Positions 9,944-20,084 of a stretch of 64,000 bases of DNA are shown one piece after another. The stretch covers positions 896,001 to 960,000 of the forward strand of contig OZ241857.1 of NCBI GenBank assembly GCA_965203315.1, read 5' to 3'. Origin of the DNA: Nitrosopumilus sp. Lineage in GTDB: Archaea; Thermoproteota; Nitrososphaeria; Nitrososphaerales; Nitrosopumilaceae. Within the stretch, counting starts at the first letter, position 1. Every line of letters begins with the position of its first letter. A program made the position numbers and the translations under genes. The notes under the pieces were generated by a model that saw nothing but the letters and a program-made list of their open reading frames with translations, was not told where the DNA came from and did no database searches.

Positions 9944-11335
9944 CTATTGGATTGTGCGTTCTACGAGTTGACCATAGCCTCGTTCACCCACTAGTTCAAA
10001 GTCATAGGCAATGGTGTTTCCTCTGCACAGTGTGTGTACAGGCCATCCTTTGAGACTCATTCCATCATATACAGAATAATCCGAGAACCCACCAAACAAC
10101 TCACTAGATACCTTCTTTTCACGATCTAGATCGATCAATACGATATCTGCGTCAGAACCCACCTCGAGTGTACCCTTTTTTGGATACATGCCAAATATCT
10201 TGGCAGCGTTGGTACTCGTGACTTGGGCCAGCTGTTCAATAGTAATTCTACCTCTGTTTACACCATAATGTAATAGCAGAGGCAGTGATGTTCCAATGCC
10301 AGGAAACCCAGCTAGTGCGTCCCACACATCTCTTCCACCAAGTTTTAGATCGAGGCGGTTTGCAACATGATCTGTACCTATCGTATCTATATCACCAAAC
10401 TTTAATGCGCTCCACACTGCAGATTGATCTAGACGTGTTCGTATAGGTGGCATGACTTTGGCTAGATATCCCTTCTGTCTCTCGTGCGATAATACTAGAT
10501 AGTGAGGACATGTCTCGACATAGACTCTAGTTCCCAGAGCTCGCTCTCTAGATATCTGTTCCAGAGCTCGCTCTGAACCTATATGTACAAAGTATATTGT
10601 ACAACCATACTTTCTGCCAAGTTTGCAGACAGTCTTGATTGCTTTAACCTCATACTCTGGAGAGCGACTCTCAGACCATGCAGTAAGACCATCCAGTCTC
10701 TTGGCTTTGGCATTCTTTATTCCACAACCACAAGATTCATAGTCTTCTGCATGTACCAGTACAGGACACTTTAGTGCAGATGCATTCTTTATAGTCTCTT
10801 CTACGATATCGTGTGTGACATTTACTTGAGCCGATACGAGGTCTTTGGTTTTAGGAGGCATGTCCATGTATACATGACCGATCTCGCCACCAAGATTCAT
10901 GTATAGTTTGAAAGAGGTTATACCAGAGTTGACACATTGATCCATCTCTGCAATCTGTTGTTTGGTAAATATTGATGCGTGTAATGTATAATCTACATAA
11001 TGATTTTTTTTAGAAGATTGTAGTTGGTCTTTTAATGAGACAGAGAATGGATCACCTAGTCTGAGCATTCGCATCATCGTTGTGACTCCACCCATAGCAG
11101 CAGCATATGACTCAGTCTGAGCAGCCTTGTTTATTGGCGAGTATACACCATAGTGAACATGAGTATCGATCACTCCAGGGATCGCTACAAGTCCAGTTCC
11201 AACAAAATTAAATGTACATTCCATATCTTTGGATGTTATAGCAACGATCTTTTCATCATCGATGATTATATTCTTGTTGACTAGTCCATTAGGAGTTACA
11301 ACATGTACGTCATAGATGCCAGTACTATACGTCAT
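9944..11335 (-). CDS. cyclic amidohydrolase (dihydroorotase/dihydropyrimidinase/allantoinase family)
   Basis: PGVIDTHVH, GGVTT, SFKLY, ETCPHYL, PPIR, GTDH, GSDADIV motifs. Confidence 0.9.
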   Translation of the reverse strand: MTYSTGIYDVHVVTPNGLVNKNIIIDDEKIVAITSKDMECTFNFVGTGLVAIPGVIDTHVHYGVYSPINKAAQTESYAAAMGGVTTMMRMLRLGDPFSVSLKDQLQSSKKNHYVDYTLHASIFTKQQIAEMDQCVNSGITSFKLYMNLGGEIGHVYMDMPPKTKDLVSAQVNVTHDIVEETIKNASALKCPVLVHAEDYESCGCGIKNAKAKRLDGLTAWSESRSPEYEVKAIKTVCKLGRKYGCTIYFVHIGSERALEQISRERALGTRVYVETCPHYLVLSHERQKGYLAKVMPPIRTRLDQSAVWSALKFGDIDTIGTDHVANRLDLKLGGRDVWDALAGFPGIGTSLPLLLHYGVNRGRITIEQLAQVTSTNAAKIFGMYPKKGTLEVGSDADIVLIDLDREKKVSSELFGGFSDYSVYDGMSLKGWPVHTLCRGNTIAYDFELVGERGYGQLVERTIQ

Positions 11336-11410
11336 GTGTGAATGATCATGTCTTCAATATATTATATGTTGAGAAGAGGGACTAGAATAGACCCTAGTGT
11401 AGTGGTTTGT

Positions 11411-11482
11411 GGGCCGGTGGTTTAGTGGCATAATGCCTCGTTCGCAACGAGGATGTCGAGGGTTCGATTCCCTCCCGGTCCA
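11411..11482 (+). tRNA. tRNA-Ala(CGC)
   Basis: GGGCCGG/CCGGTCC acceptor with G3:U70, anticodon arm CCTCG-TT-CGC-AA-CGAGG, GTTCGATTC. Confidence 0.96.
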
Positions 11483-11609
11483 CCTCTTATTGAACAAGAG
11501 CGGTTTTGTCAGAAAGACAAGTGTATGTTTTAGATTGAGTCGAGTGTGAGTTGAACTTAATCTTTCATTAAACATTCTGATAAAACCATCAATAGTATTA
11601 TCTGATATC

Positions 11610-11677
11610 GGATCTCTTTGGTTTACGTGGGATGAATGGTTACAGAAAACACTATCCCACACAAATCGAAAATATCC
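11610..11677. mobile_element. MITE family A, internally deleted copy (68 bp)
   Basis: Left TIR GGATCTCTTTGGTTTACGTGGGATG joined to a degenerate right TIR ATCCCACACAAATCGAAAATATCC. Confidence 0.75.
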
Positions 11678-11707
11678 TTACGCCCAACGTGCTAAATTGT
11701 GATCTAT

Positions 11708-12394
11708 CTACTTAGATATTTTATAATAATTCACTCTTCCTTTCTGATGTACGATCTTTAGCCAATTTAGATGAATAAATATACGAAATGCGCATTTGGA
11801 AGGAAGTCTATTGTTACCACATGCTTTTTGTTCTATATTTTCAACCCACTTTCTTATAAATGGTTTATCGTTGTTCGTGTTTGATACCTTAATTACAGCT
11901 TGCCATATCTTCGATATACGAGAATTTTTATCAGAAATTGAGCCCAAAATAATTTTATATGGTGGAGTATTTGGCTTTGACTTGATGAAGACAGTCCAAT
12001 AATCTGGTTCGTCAATTTTTGTATAAAAGTAGTAAAAGCTTTTATTCAATGATCTTGAATTCGGCACATCTCTGAATTCTTCTTTCAGTTCTTTAAGTTC
12101 GTCATAACTCGGCTTTATTAAATTAGATTTATGCTTGTCATTTTTTATTATCTCTTCAATTTCAGATTGTTTGTCAAAATTTAGCGTATAAAATGTTTTT
12201 TCGTTAATTTGCATACTAGTAATAATGTCCGACACTAGTAATTCTTCGTAGGCTGATTGAGTATTTCGTTCAAATTTACTTTTAAAATGTTCATGCAAGT
12301 TTTTTTCGTCTGTTATCTTGTATACTCGACTAGACGTACTCCGAGAAATAAAAAATCGTACGATTATTCTCTTCCACTCTTCAATTTCGATCAC
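11708..12394 (-). CDS. hypothetical protein, possibly with N- and C-terminal winged-helix domains
   Basis: AT-rich 228-aa ORF; two helix + wing patterns (EKTFYTLN, KGRVNYYKI). Confidence 0.65.
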   Translation of the reverse strand: MIEIEEWKRIIVRFFISRSTSSRVYKITDEKNLHEHFKSKFERNTQSAYEELLVSDIITSMQINEKTFYTLNFDKQSEIEEIIKNDKHKSNLIKPSYDELKELKEEFRDVPNSRSLNKSFYYFYTKIDEPDYWTVFIKSKPNTPPYKIILGSISDKNSRISKIWQAVIKVSNTNNDKPFIRKWVENIEQKACGNNRLPSKCAFRIFIHLNWLKIVHQKGRVNYYKISK

Positions 12395-12505
12395 ATTACA
12401 CCCTTTACAGTTTTAATATATGTATTTTGCCATGATTGGCAAATGTCACAGGCTAAAAAATTAGCAATACATTAAATATATAAACAAGACATAGTAAAAA
12501 TAGAT

Positions 12506-12832
12506 ATGGAAATAATAGAACAAGAAGATGTAAATTTACCATTTGCCCGGTTATTCAATACAGCTAGTGCAAAAATATTAGATTTCTTACTAACTAGCGA
12601 AATATTAGAATATACAAAAGAAGAGATATCAGAATTAACGCGAATTCCTAGCCGTACACTTGAGCGTAGTTTACAGTTATTGTTGCATGAAGAAATCATA
12701 ACAAGAAGAAAAAAGAATCGAGTATATTATTATGCGATAAACTTATCTTCACTGCGTGTAAACGGATTGCGTGATTATATGGATGCGACATTACTCTTTA
12801 ATCTTAAAAGCATAAAGAACAAAGCAAAATAG
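12506..12832 (+). CDS. winged-helix transcriptional regulator
   Basis: KILDFLL..YTKEEISELTRIPSRTLERSLQLL..II..RVYYYAIN wHTH pattern. Confidence 0.8.
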   Translation: MEIIEQEDVNLPFARLFNTASAKILDFLLTSEILEYTKEEISELTRIPSRTLERSLQLLLHEEIITRRKKNRVYYYAINLSSLRVNGLRDYMDATLLFNLKSIKNKAK

Positions 12833-12980
12833 TATCTACATGGATAGAGATTATCCAATATTGTGACACTAGATGTACACATCATATTCGTATAAATGTT
12901 CAAACTCATTTCAAGAACCATCGATCATGAATGTCCTCTCCAAGCCACTAGGATAGAATATGTGGTGATACATGTTTTGA

Positions 12981-13093
12981 GGATCTTTTTGGTTTACATG
13001 GGATGAATAGTTACAGAAAAAGCACTACAAGACTCTAGAATGGAAAATTATGGGAAAACCTTGCGAAATGTCATCCAGTAAATCAAAGAATCC
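12981..13093 (+). mobile_element. MITE family A
   Basis: TIRs GGATCTTTTTGGTTTACATGGGATG / CATCCAGTAAATCAAAGAATCC; shared core CACTACAAGA..AAAATTA..CCTTGCGAAA. Confidence 0.85.
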
Positions 13094-13430
13094 TGTATGA
13101 ATCAAATACTTGTATCTACTATGGAGTTCATGCGAAAGTCATTTTCAGGCACATATGATGTGTGATGGGTCAAATCCGACTAAATTCTCCAAATTATTGC
13201 GGATTTCGTGTATGTGAGGAGGAGTAAAAAAATAACCAAAAATAGAATACGCAACAAGACAATTTTTTAAGACACTCCATGGCAAATACTGGTTCGGTTC
13301 AATTGACGGGGGTTGAGATCATTATGACATTATCCCAAATAACGCATATCATGAGACTTAAAATAGCAACAATTTACGATAGCCGATGTGAGATCGTTTC
13401 CATATTTTGTAAAATTTTTCGAAAATATTG

Positions 13431-13507
13431 TGCAGAAAATGCCAACCCCCCCCCCCCCCATCAATTGAATAGAACCTCAAGAAAGAACCGAATTATGAAT
13501 AGGGTCT
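13431..13507. mobile_element. solo transposon end with poly-C tract
   Basis: GAATTATGAATAGGGTCT matches 25990-26007 at 17/18; both follow GCA.AAAATG and a C run. Confidence 0.45.
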
Positions 13508-13683
13508 CTTGCACGGATAATATCTAATCCTAATTGTGACGACAGTTTGAACATAGAACTGTATTTCACAATCTATACCGAGCATAATACAATCTATCGA
13601 TGTAATATGGATGATGTTCTGTACTTGTACAGCAGTTGTCTGTCAATCAATTCATTTTTTACTTGTGAGACATAGTTCGATGC

Positions 13684-15750
13684 ATGATACTGTTAATTGT
13701 TGCAACATGCTTTGCATCACTATTAGTATTTGTGATGATTCATCATACATATGATATAGATCAGATACATACCTATCTAGACAAGAGTGTACCGTATATA
13801 GGAATAGACACGCCGAGGGAGAATAACATAGACGGTAAAGGGATCAAAGTTGCGGTAATAGATACAGGAGTTGATTATAATCATCCAGATCTGTTTGGGT
13901 GGGGACCTGATGGAAAGATCATTGGAGGATACAACTTTATACAAGAGGGATCGCCACCGCTAGACACAAACGGACATGGTACACAAGTTGCGGGTGTGAT
14001 TGCATCAGATGGTCAGCTAGTAGGTGTTGCTCCAAAGGCAAAGATTCTAGCGTACAAGGTATCAGAAGATGGCGAAGGAGTGTCGGCAGAGTTGATAACT
14101 AGAGCAATAGAACGAGCAATCGAAGATGGAGCAGATATCATAAACATCAGTCTAGGAGTAAACAAGACCAACTTGAAGATAGATCGAGCAGTGAGTCGAG
14201 CACTAGAACAAGATATCCTAGTCGTAGTTGCAGCTGGAAACGATGGACCTGATGTCGCAACAATTGGGAGTCCAGGTAGAAGTAATGGAGCAATCACTGT
14301 CGGAGCCACATATAACAACCTTACATCTAGTATTGTAGCAACGCTAGACGTTGATGGTAAACCGTACACGGCAATTCCCATGGTAGGATCATCGATTCCC
14401 GAGCAGTCGATAAAAGGAGAGATAGTCTTTGGTGGATTTGGTAGAGAATCAGAGATACGAGAGATTGATGCAGATGACAAGATTGTGATAGTGCAACGAG
14501 GAAGTGATATCGAGGGCGAGTTGTTATACTTTTCAATAAAAGAGAGAAATGCAGCACAAGCAGGGGCAAAAGCACTAATCGTATACAACAATGAAGAGGG
14601 AATATTTCTAGGAGAGTTGGTTCATGAGTTTATAGAATCAGGATACGAACCTACCATTCCAGTTGTATCTTTAGATGGTCAAGAGGGTCAAGAGATCATA
14701 ATGTCGCTAAACGGTACAAATCACGCCATCATGAATCTATTTTACAATCCAGATCATATAACACATTTTAGTTCACGTGGTCCCGTATCACCATTTTACA
14801 TAAAACCCGAGATTGTTGCGCCTGGAACATACATCAATACAACACAGAATGATTCAGGATACAACTTTACTAGTGGTACCAGTTATGCTGCACCACATGT
14901 TAGTGGAGCTGCTGCATTAATACTTCAAAAGAATCCAAATCTAACACACACTGCATTGCGATCTATCTTACTTACAACTACACATCCAGTCTCTGATATT
15001 TATGGACAGCAATTCTCGGTGTATGATGTGGGGTCAGGTAGACTCGATATCAAAAGAGCATTTGATGCAAATCTCGTAATAACACCACCAAACTTTGTAT
15101 CAATAGTTACAACAGACAAGCCCAGTACAGAACAACATCTAGACATCAATACACTAAGAGGAGATCCAAATATCGTAAAAGTTGAGTTTGTTGGACCTGA
15201 TCTTGTTAGATTTGAGCATACGATCAAAAGCGATGGTATAGACATCACGTTACGTGTAGCAGATCAGACATATGGCAAGTATGAAGGCAGGATACTGATA
15301 CATGACGACACCACTAGATACACAGTACCGTTTGTTTTACATTACACAGCAGGCTCGATCGTGCCAAGACAAGTACAAGATACTATCCAGTTCGACATAA
15401 CACATCCAGAGACATGGAGTTTTGCAAAGATCACAGTCATAAACAGAGATGATAGTACCAAGACAGTTACCGCAACGCCAGACCGACTTGGTTCTATTGC
15501 AGTTCATGAGAACGTAGAGCATTGGATCAAAGCACAGATAACTACGCCAAACGGCACATCAGATGCATACAGCATTATAAACATTGACGATATAGATGAC
15601 TCTGCACGTGTGACGCTGATAGATATCTCTACTAGGCCCATAGCAATAATCATCAGTGCAGTTGCAATTATTGGAGTATTTGGTTTTATAGTAAAGATCC
15701 GTCACAGAAATATACCACATATAAAAAATACATCAGACATGTCTTTGTGA
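13684..15750 (+). CDS. membrane-anchored subtilisin-like S8 serine protease with PA domain
   Basis: VAVIDTG, GHGTQVAG, AAGNDG and SGTSYAAPHVSG catalytic motifs; PA insert; N- and C-terminal TM segments. Confidence 0.93.
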   Translation: MILLIVATCFASLLVFVMIHHTYDIDQIHTYLDKSVPYIGIDTPRENNIDGKGIKVAVIDTGVDYNHPDLFGWGPDGKIIGGYNFIQEGSPPLDTNGHGTQVAGVIASDGQLVGVAPKAKILAYKVSEDGEGVSAELITRAIERAIEDGADIINISLGVNKTNLKIDRAVSRALEQDILVVVAAGNDGPDVATIGSPGRSNGAITVGATYNNLTSSIVATLDVDGKPYTAIPMVGSSIPEQSIKGEIVFGGFGRESEIREIDADDKIVIVQRGSDIEGELLYFSIKERNAAQAGAKALIVYNNEEGIFLGELVHEFIESGYEPTIPVVSLDGQEGQEIIMSLNGTNHAIMNLFYNPDHITHFSSRGPVSPFYIKPEIVAPGTYINTTQNDSGYNFTSGTSYAAPHVSGAAALILQKNPNLTHTALRSILLTTTHPVSDIYGQQFSVYDVGSGRLDIKRAFDANLVITPPNFVSIVTTDKPSTEQHLDINTLRGDPNIVKVEFVGPDLVRFEHTIKSDGIDITLRVADQTYGKYEGRILIHDDTTRYTVPFVLHYTAGSIVPRQVQDTIQFDITHPETWSFAKITVINRDDSTKTVTATPDRLGSIAVHENVEHWIKAQITTPNGTSDAYSIINIDDIDDSARVTLIDISTRPIAIIISAVAIIGVFGFIVKIRHRNIPHIKNTSDMSL

Positions 15751-15764
15751 TATGACAAGATATA

Positions 15765-16004
15765 TTGAATAGAGAATTTGTCACAGTATTGGACAAAGAG
15801 ATACAGAGATTACTACGAGAAGATATTCAAGAGATGATAAAAAAATTGCTAGAAGAAAAGATAAATTCGTCACAAGTACAAGATTTGCTACAAGAGATGG
15901 TTGAGGAAATAGTACAAAATTCATTACAAGATGTACAAGACAGAATGCAAGAGATTGAAAAAAGGATGGAAGATGTCGAAGATCTGATAGAACATGGAAG
16001 ATAA
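15765..16004 (+). CDS. small acidic coiled-coil hypothetical protein
   Basis: 79-aa helical ORF 14 nt after the protease. Confidence 0.55.
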   Translation: MNREFVTVLDKEIQRLLREDIQEMIKKLLEEKINSSQVQDLLQEMVEEIVQNSLQDVQDRMQEIEKRMEDVEDLIEHGR

Positions 16005-16070
16005 AAAGATCAATGTACAAAGATAAAACCAGTATGAAAAAATTGTGATTGTATATTTTTCAAATACAAC

Positions 16071-16205
16071 TATAGTCACGAACGGAATTGTTTTCCTGTT
16101 TACTTCCACACATGTGTGGTCAGAGACGGAATTTACCTCTGGCAGAACATATGACACTAAATTGTGATACTAAGCACTAGGAAAATTATTATGTTAATGA
16201 CTATA
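16071..16205 (-). mobile_element. MITE family B (TA target, IS630/Tc1-like ends)
   Basis: TATAGTCACGAAC...GTTAATGACTATA; reverse complement of the copies at 40829 and 41760. Confidence 0.85.
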
Positions 16206-16372
16206 TATGACAATCCAGATCTACTCGTGATTGTTTTGCACGTTAATTTTACACCTAGATAATGATTCAATAAAAATGTGTACGAATTATTAAAAAGGTT
16301 TATGTAAAAAAACCACATGTCAGCACAACAGGTACATTAATTGTATTCATCAATAGTTTCGTTTTATGGACT

Positions 16373-18039
16373 AGATATCATGTATAATTCGTTTTCACAG
16401 GCGCAAACGGTAAGATTTAGTTTACCTCCTTATAAACAGAATCTGACCTAGTTGCTTAGATAGGTAATGTGTAGAATAGCCATTATGAAGAGTGTTACAG
16501 TATGCTCTGATGCAGAAAGCAAAAAGATACAATCGTTAGAACGAAAACTAGCCAAAGTAACTAGTGAACGTGATGAATCGAGAACTAAAATCAAAGAATT
16601 AAAGACCGAAATCAAAGAGTTGAAAGAGAAACTCGACTTTGCACATGCCAGACAAAAGATCGAAGAATCGATGTGGATGTGTTCACTTCAACGTAAAACG
16701 AATAAACGAGATACGCAACACGTGTTAGAGTTTTGGAACAGAATAATGAGCAAACCAAATCTCTTCTATACGTACGTTAGGATGCCACAAGAGCGATTTG
16801 ATGACCTACACAAACGGTTTGTAGAGTATATAGAAGAACATCCAAATAAAACCCCACAGTTCTCAGATATCTTTGTAACACAAGGAAACGTGTGCAGATA
16901 CATGTCCAAGTATTATCTGTTCATGATAATCGCGTATTTGAGGTGTGGTCTATCACAATGGAAGATCGGAGGTTTGTTTGATCTAGATCAAGGTACGGTA
17001 TCTCGACATCTAGCATACGTATCGAAATTTTTAGAGACCAATAGTTCTTCGGTAGAGAACATATTTGAAAAGATCGCTAGTTGTAAAACAACTAGAGAGT
17101 TCAAGAGATGGGTACCAGGCGAAAGAGGTGGCAGAATATTCGTGGATGGATTCGAGACAGAGATAGACAAACCAAAAAAATCAAAGGATGAAACAGCAGC
17201 TTATTCAGGCAAGTCAAAGAAACACGTCTATCGTCAAGTGATCCTAACAAATCAAGACAAATTGATTCTGTGTATTAGTAAGGTGTACTATGCCGATACA
17301 TCAGAGATAAACATACTACGATCAATGTTTGAAGATTTCACAGGGTACTGGGAAAAGCTACTAGATCCAAATACGCCATACCATCAAAGACCAGAGCAAT
17401 TTGGAGATGCTGCATATGTAGGACTGTACGATGATATGTTGGGCTCATGTGTCTATGTTCCATACAAGAAACCGAAAAATGGTGAACTCACGCAAGAACA
17501 AAAAGAGTACAATCAATGGATTGCGGCAATTCGTATAGTTGTTGAACACTCCGTTGGAATGTTAAGACAGTTTGGTTGCATGAATGATCAGTTTGAAGGT
17601 ACCAAACCACAGTTTCAACGCAAAACCGCAGCAGTAGCGTCTCTTGTCAACCACGATATATTATGGGACAAGGAGAACAACAAACCATCGAAACGCTTGA
17701 TAGAATTGGAAGAGTTTCGTCGACATAGAGAAAGACACAAACACAGAAAAAAAGCTCGGACAAAAAAGTAAAATTTAGACATCAAAACACATTTGATACA
17801 GAATATGGTCCCAAGACTGCGCACGTTCTTTTGATTTCTGTGTATTTGTGTACAATCGTGTACAATTTTGTACGATTTAGTACAACTTTGTGCTAACGTG
17901 CCGTATTTTGCGGCGTCTTTGTTATTTCTAATTTGAATAAATGCCAGAGTACATGTTATTTTTCTGTAATTTACGATACAACAAGTTATTTTAATCAACA
18001 AAGTGCATTCATGTGAATAATGAATTATACATGATATCT
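16373..18039 (+). mobile_element. IS5-family (ISL2/Harbinger-like) insertion sequence, apparently complete
   Basis: Perfect 18-bp TIR AGATATCATGTATAATTC (16373-16390 / 18022-18039); 3-bp direct repeat ACT on both sides; internal transposase. Confidence 0.9.
16467..17771 (+). CDS. DDE transposase (DDE_Tnp_4/ISL2-like) with N-terminal coiled coil and HTH
   Basis: IFVDGFE..YSGK.KKH, FGDAAYVG, YN..IAAIRIVVEH..G.L motifs. Confidence 0.9.
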   Translation: MCRIAIMKSVTVCSDAESKKIQSLERKLAKVTSERDESRTKIKELKTEIKELKEKLDFAHARQKIEESMWMCSLQRKTNKRDTQHVLEFWNRIMSKPNLFYTYVRMPQERFDDLHKRFVEYIEEHPNKTPQFSDIFVTQGNVCRYMSKYYLFMIIAYLRCGLSQWKIGGLFDLDQGTVSRHLAYVSKFLETNSSSVENIFEKIASCKTTREFKRWVPGERGGRIFVDGFETEIDKPKKSKDETAAYSGKSKKHVYRQVILTNQDKLILCISKVYYADTSEINILRSMFEDFTGYWEKLLDPNTPYHQRPEQFGDAAYVGLYDDMLGSCVYVPYKKPKNGELTQEQKEYNQWIAAIRIVVEHSVGMLRQFGCMNDQFEGTKPQFQRKTAAVASLVNHDILWDKENNKPSKRLIELEEFRRHRERHKHRKKARTKK

Positions 18040-18085
18040 ACTAGTTACAAGAGATGATAATATTTGTGGTGCAAAAATCCAACAA

Positions 18086-19684
18086 TCAAGCTTTGGGACC
18101 AGAGTCTATAATATCTTGAGAGACATTATCGAATTTCTTAAAGTTTTCAACAAACATCATGGCGAGTCTCTTTGCATTATTGTCATATTCAGTCTTGTCG
18201 TGCCATGTATTTCTAGGATCCAAGATATCATCTGGAACATCAGGAATGGAGCATGGTACTTGAAGGTTGAATATATCGTCATGTCGATATTGTACCGAGT
18301 TGAGCTTGCCAGAGAGTGCCGCGGTAATCATAGCTCGACTGTGTTTTATCGAGATGCGTTTACCTATACCATACGGTCCTCCAGACCAGCCAGTGTTCAC
18401 TAGATAGACTGTTGTATCATGATCTCTAATCTTGGCTCCAAGCAACTTTGCGTATACATCTGCAGGTCTAGGCATGAATGGTGCTCCAAAGCACTCCGAG
18501 AATACCGATTTGGGTTCTTTAATACCTCTCTCAGTTCCAGCAAGCTTGCTAGTATATCCAGACATAAAGTGATACATTGCTGCTTTACGACTCAGTCTCG
18601 AGATAGGAGGCAGTACGCCAAGCGCGTCAGCAGTAAGGAAGATTATAACTTTAGGATTACCGCCAACACTAGGAATTACTGCGCCTGGAATATACTCTAG
18701 CGGGTACGCGACGCGAGTATTCTCTGTAAGAGTGTTGTCAGTATAATCAGGAATACCATCATGTAAAACGACATTCTCTAGCACAGCACCGTGTCGGATT
18801 GCATTCCATATCTCTGGCTCTGCAGTTCTATCAAGATTGATGCATTTGGCGTAACATCCTCCTTCAAAGTTGAATGTGCCATCATCTGACCAACCATGTT
18901 CATCATCACCAATCAGCCGTCTGTTTGGATCAGTTGATAGTGTGGTCTTGCCAGTACCAGATAGTCCAAAAAAGAGAACGGTATCTCCGTCACTTCCAAT
19001 ATTAGCAGAGCAATGCATCGGAAGTATTCCTCGGTCAGGCAATAGAAAGTTCATGACAGAGAACATGGACTTTTTCATCTCACCGGCATATTGTGTGCCA
19101 CCAATCAGGACCAATTTGTGAGTAAGATTGATTATAATAAACACTTCACTCTGAGTTTTGTCAATATTTGGTAATGCAGCAAAGTCATTTAGACAGAGTA
19201 GAGTGAACTCGGGTTCGTGATCTTCTAGTTCGGCATCAGTAGGTTTTATGAACATGTTGTTCGCAAAGAGATTCTGCCATGCACGATCATTTACAACTCG
19301 TATAGGTAATCGAGTCTTGGGGTCTGCTCCAACAAACCCATCAAATACAAAGAGTTCTTTATCAGATACAAACTGTTTCATCTTTTCAAATAGATCCGTA
19401 AACCCTTTATCATCAAATTTATGGTTGATCTTTCCCCAGTCAACGGTATTTTCAGTTGTAGAGTCATATACAATATATCGATCATCAGGAGAGCGACCTG
19501 TATACTTGCCAGTATTTGTAGAGAGTGCTCCAGTAGAGTTTACAACACCCTCACCACGTTGTACTGCTAACTTGATCAGTTCAATAACACCAAGGTTTCG
19601 ATGTATCTTGAGTGGCTTGATTCCAAATGACTCGATCTGATTTGTAAATTTGGTCGTCGTTGCCGTACCCATCACTTGAGTCAT
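18086..19684 (-). CDS. pckA: phosphoenolpyruvate carboxykinase (ATP)
   Basis: TGRSP, YAGEMKKS, FFGLSGTGKTTLS, LIGDDEHGW, FEGGCYAK; start placed at ATG 19684 rather than 19750. Confidence 0.96.
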   Translation of the reverse strand: MTQVMGTATTTKFTNQIESFGIKPLKIHRNLGVIELIKLAVQRGEGVVNSTGALSTNTGKYTGRSPDDRYIVYDSTTENTVDWGKINHKFDDKGFTDLFEKMKQFVSDKELFVFDGFVGADPKTRLPIRVVNDRAWQNLFANNMFIKPTDAELEDHEPEFTLLCLNDFAALPNIDKTQSEVFIIINLTHKLVLIGGTQYAGEMKKSMFSVMNFLLPDRGILPMHCSANIGSDGDTVLFFGLSGTGKTTLSTDPNRRLIGDDEHGWSDDGTFNFEGGCYAKCINLDRTAEPEIWNAIRHGAVLENVVLHDGIPDYTDNTLTENTRVAYPLEYIPGAVIPSVGGNPKVIIFLTADALGVLPPISRLSRKAAMYHFMSGYTSKLAGTERGIKEPKSVFSECFGAPFMPRPADVYAKLLGAKIRDHDTTVYLVNTGWSGGPYGIGKRISIKHSRAMITAALSGKLNSVQYRHDDIFNLQVPCSIPDVPDDILDPRNTWHDKTEYDNNAKRLAMMFVENFKKFDNVSQDIIDSGPKA

Positions 19685-20084
19685 GTAGATGCATCTCCAA
19701 GAATATCCAAATTCGTAGACTTGTTCATAAGATAATTCGATCCGAATCAAGTTGCCTTATTATCTCTTTCTTGGTTCAACACGTTCGTAGGATCCTAAGG
19801 CTCACTAGTCAGCTATGTTAAATCGGCAAAAGTCGAGATCTAGATGACGCTATCTCAAATAATGCATATTGTAACTCCAATAGCGAGTAACAGTAAATCA
19901 TAGTAGACGATACACAGCCACGTCCACATCTTGCAAAATCTTAGAATTTGTGTAAAAGTACCAATTTCACAGTATAGTAGAACTCACTTGAGATCGCGAA
20001 ACGACATCTCACGATATTGTACTGTATATTAAAGTAAACGTTTAAAAGCAATCTGTTATTATAAAAATAGCGAGTCGAAAAACG

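Noticed and set aside
11354-11662. 102-aa ORF
   Set aside because: Overlaps tRNA-Ala and a MITE on the opposite strand
13279-13527. 82-aa ORF
   Set aside because: Runs through the poly-C and transposon-end debris; no coding features
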